A stretch of 63,702 bases of DNA, counting the filler, from Octopus bimaculoides (lineage: Eukaryota), in assembly GCF_001194135.2 (NCBI RefSeq). It is 6 parts of 4 records of this genome, joined end to end, with 100 filler letters (N's around TTAATTAATTAA, not from the genome) between each part and the next. Parts side by side here need not be neighbours in the genome. Positions count along the whole stretch, not along the records: positions 55,038 to 61,727 come from NC_069002.1; positions 61,828 to 63,702 come from NW_026326186.1; 4 more parts are not named here. One strand, given 5' to 3'. Positions 60,365 to 63,702 of this stretch are shown here, one piece after another (the stretch's first letter is position 1; each line of letters begins with the position of its first letter). The notes beneath the pieces are model-generated. The model saw only the letters and a program-made list of their open reading frames with translations. It made no database searches and was not told the origin of the DNA. The position numbers and the translations under genes were made by a program.

Positions 60365-60555
60365 AGACATGTTGTTGTTGGCACTCCGTCGCTTACGACG
60401 ACGAGGGTTCCAGTTGATCCGATCAACGGAGCAGCCTGCTCGTGAAATTAACGTGCAAGTGGCTGAGCACTCCACAGACACGTGTACCCTCAACTGGTAC
60501 TTATTTTATCGACCCCAAAAAGGATGAATGGCAAAGGCAACTTCGACGGAATATT
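60365..60555 (-). mobile_element. chimeric SINE: family A body joined to family C 3' end
   Basis: 60365-60490 matches the family C tail (as at 29640-29765); 60491-60555 matches family A (AACTGGTACTTATTTTATCGACCCC...). Confidence 0.65.
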
Positions 60556-61038
60556 CTCAACAGTTATTGACAACCTACAAAGCTCAGTGAGATCCCGAAA
60601 GATGTGCTGCTGCTGCTGCACACACAGGGGTCCTGGACCACATCCAGAAAAGGTTATTGGTTTGAAGTTGACTTTATAGCAATAGCCTTTCTTGGATGCA
60701 GTATGTATGGTGGGGTTGTGTGTGCGTGTGAGTTGGACACTTTTAATTAGTCTAGGGAAATTAGGTGTAGATCATTAGTTAGTATAAAAAAGGATTGGTC
60801 TTTTGGAAGTATATCATCCTGGTCTTCCATAACGTTTTTCGTCTCTATCTCTTATGCACACGCGCACACACACACACATTTATCATCAATAGAATCAATT
60901 ACCATTCACACCAAACAATAATTAAACGATTAAATATTAAAGGCCAACTCCATCCCACAGCAGCATGAAAAATGTAACAGGAAAATAAATCCCAGCATGC
61001 AGTTCACCTCACTCCACACGACCATTCTATCCTAACAT

Positions 61039-61100
<62 letters not shown>

Positions 61101-61693
61101 GATTGGTCGAGCCATAGTCACATAGGCGTTAATGTCTTTTATAGTGACACGTTGCCTGTTATGCCTGTTCGGTAGGTCGTGGTCCGAAATGGGGAATTTT
61201 TAGTATGATTCGGAAATTGAACAGAAGTAAGCTTCGGTACAAAATATTCAGGCAATTATTGAAGTCATAGATTTTCCAAACACTAACTGATATTCTGTAT
61301 TCCTCTTCCAAATTTTTGATCAATTTACTCTATTATAATGATATGGTTTGTATATTCAGATATTTTGTGATATTAGATTTGAATGATTCGTAAATACTAG
61401 GTTATATCAAGAAAAATACTATGAACAGATCAGATTAGAATTAAAGAATTAATACAACTGAAATTTTCAGCTGGCGACCTAACTGACAACAGATATCCAG
61501 TTTTGCATAATATTCTAATTTTCTGTCTTCATACTGTGTACATGCATACAAATACACACACACACACACAGATATAAACATATATTTCAACAGCAATTAT
61601 GTAATCATAACGGTTATTTACTGAAATATGCGTATGTTTTGCAAAGCATCGCATAGCATACCTGTTTACCTGTTTTCTGTATTTGTACGTGAG

Positions 61694-61725
<32 letters not shown>

Positions 61726-62220
61726 TANNNNNNNNNNNNNNNNNNNNNNNNNNNNNNNNNNNNNNNNNNNNTTAATTAATTAANNNNNNNNNNNNNNNNN
61801 NNNNNNNNNNNNNNNNNNNNNNNNNNNACACACACACACACACGCACACACACACGCACACACACACGCATATATATTCAGTGAATATGAATGTGTGTAT
61901 CGATGTATGTATGTATATATGCGTGTATATACCTAAAATATGTAAATATGTATCTGTCTATATGTATATATCTATGTGGGTGTGACTGTATTTGTCCCCC
62001 ACCGTCGTTTAACAGCGTTGTTTTGTTTACTTACTCTTAACTTAATGGTTCGGCAAAAGAGATCTACAGAATAAGTGCCAGCCTTAAAAGAAAAAAAAAA
62101 GAAAGAATTACTAGTATCGATTAGTTCGATTAAGGCGGTTAAGGCGGTGCCCTAGCATGGCCGCAGTCGAATAACTGAAACAAGTAAAATATAAAATATA
62201 TATAAAAATAATTGTACTAT

Positions 62221-62770
62221 AGGCGCAGGAGTGGCTGTGTGGTAAGTAGCTTGCTTACCAACCACATGGTTCTGGGTTCAGTCCCACTGCGTGGCACCTT
62301 GGGCAAGTGTCTTCTACTATAGCCTCGGGCCGACCAATGCCTTGTAAGTGGATTTGGTAGACGGAAACTGAAAGAAGCTTCCATACTAGCCACATGATTC
62401 CGGGTTCAGTTTCACGGCGTGGCAGTTTAGGCAAGTGTTTTCTGCTATTGCCTCCGGCGGAACAAAGCCCTATGAGTCGATTTAGTAGACGGAAACTAAA
62501 AGAAGCCCGTCGTATATAAGTATGTGTGTGTGCGCGTGCGTGCGTGCGTGCACAGGAGCGTGCATGTTTGCATCTGTGTTTCTACCCCTTCACACCGCTT
62601 GACAACCGATATCGGTGCGTTTACGTCACTCTAACTTAGCGGTTCGGCATAAGAGTACGATAGGAGTACCAGGATTAAAATAAAACCAAATACTGGGGTT
62701 AATTAATTCGATTAAATATTCTTCCAGGCGGTGCCCCAGCATGACCGCAGTCTAATGACTGAAACAAGTA
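62221..62770 (+). mobile_element. family B SINE with duplicated head/core and full 3' end
   Basis: AGGCGCAGGAGTGGCTGTGTGGTAAG...GGGTTCAGTCCCACTGCGTGGCACCTTGGGCAAGTGTCTTCTACTATAGCC; second head/core at ~62385-62515; tail GGCGGTGCCCCAGCATGACCGCAGTC. Confidence 0.82.
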
Positions 62771-62814
62771 GAATATATTTTATTTATTTGTTCATTTATT
62801 TATTTATTTAATTA

Positions 62815-63200
<386 letters not shown>

Positions 63201-63702
63201 CATGCCGGCATGTGTACGATCATATAGAACAATGATTTTCATCTACGCGTCTTGTCCAATATAGTAATTTCCGATCTATTGACAAATATAGCAACAATAA
63301 TAATAATGTATATATACAACAAGAATAATAATGCTAAATCAATAGTTCAATAAATGGAAAAATCGAAAATAATAAAATCAAAACCTACCTGATGTCGTGT
63401 GTACAAATAAATAAATGAATGAACAAATATATAAATAACTGTTCAGATATATACGTATAGGTGTGTGTGTGTTTGTGTGTATGTATACCTAGATAGAAAG
63501 ATAGATAATTAGATAGATAGATAGATAGATAGATAGGTAGATAGGTAGATAGGTAGGTATGTATGTATGCGTTACAGTTGCCTGGGGGTCGGTGTTGTCA
63601 GTATCCCTGAGTAAAGAGAATGAATGTACGATGTGTCGTGGGTGATGCGTTTGTGATGATAATAACAAGACTCAGACTCAGTAAAGCTTAGAAACGAAAA
63701 AA

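Noticed and set aside
60590-60660. Possible CR1/L2 remnant (VLDHIQKR)
   Set aside because: Under 25 codons of weak similarity
62221-62300. tRNA genes
   Set aside because: tRNA-like A/B boxes continue into SINE bodies in every case; no complete cloverleaf seen

Overview
AT-rich, repeat-saturated animal genomic DNA from a gapped scaffold assembly with 19 N-gaps; five are 100-bp placeholders with a central TTAATTAATTAA spacer. The SINE/RTE/microsatellite landscape suggests an octopod cephalopod (inference, not verified). No long intact host ORF is present, and most ORFs in the supplied track are microsatellite or N-gap artefacts. Supportable content: three tRNA-derived SINE families (two CORE-SINE-like); many RTE LINE fragments covering the 5' end/endonuclease, RT, a PHD-like finger, the C-terminus and a repetitive 3' UTR; CR1-type and R4/Dong-type LINE fragments; a Gypsy integrase with PPT and a 218-bp 3' LTR, plus a separate Gypsy GPY/F fragment; a full-length decayed Tc1/mariner with DD36E spacing; two copies of an IR/DR-type Tc1; two hAT MITEs with 8-bp TSDs; a Helentron-type non-autonomous element; and Penelope-type minimal hammerhead ribozyme motifs. 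Most unusual are a young fold-back MITE whose axis is a palindromic telomere-repeat (CCCTAA)n/(TTAGGG)n block, a near-complete type I hammerhead inside a fold-back, the DD36E transposon, a minisatellite amplified from the RTE RGRPR codons, and a tandemly duplicated YY1-motif putative first exon. Several short splice-site-bounded open frames suggest host genes on both strands, but I could not identify the proteins and these calls are low confidence.
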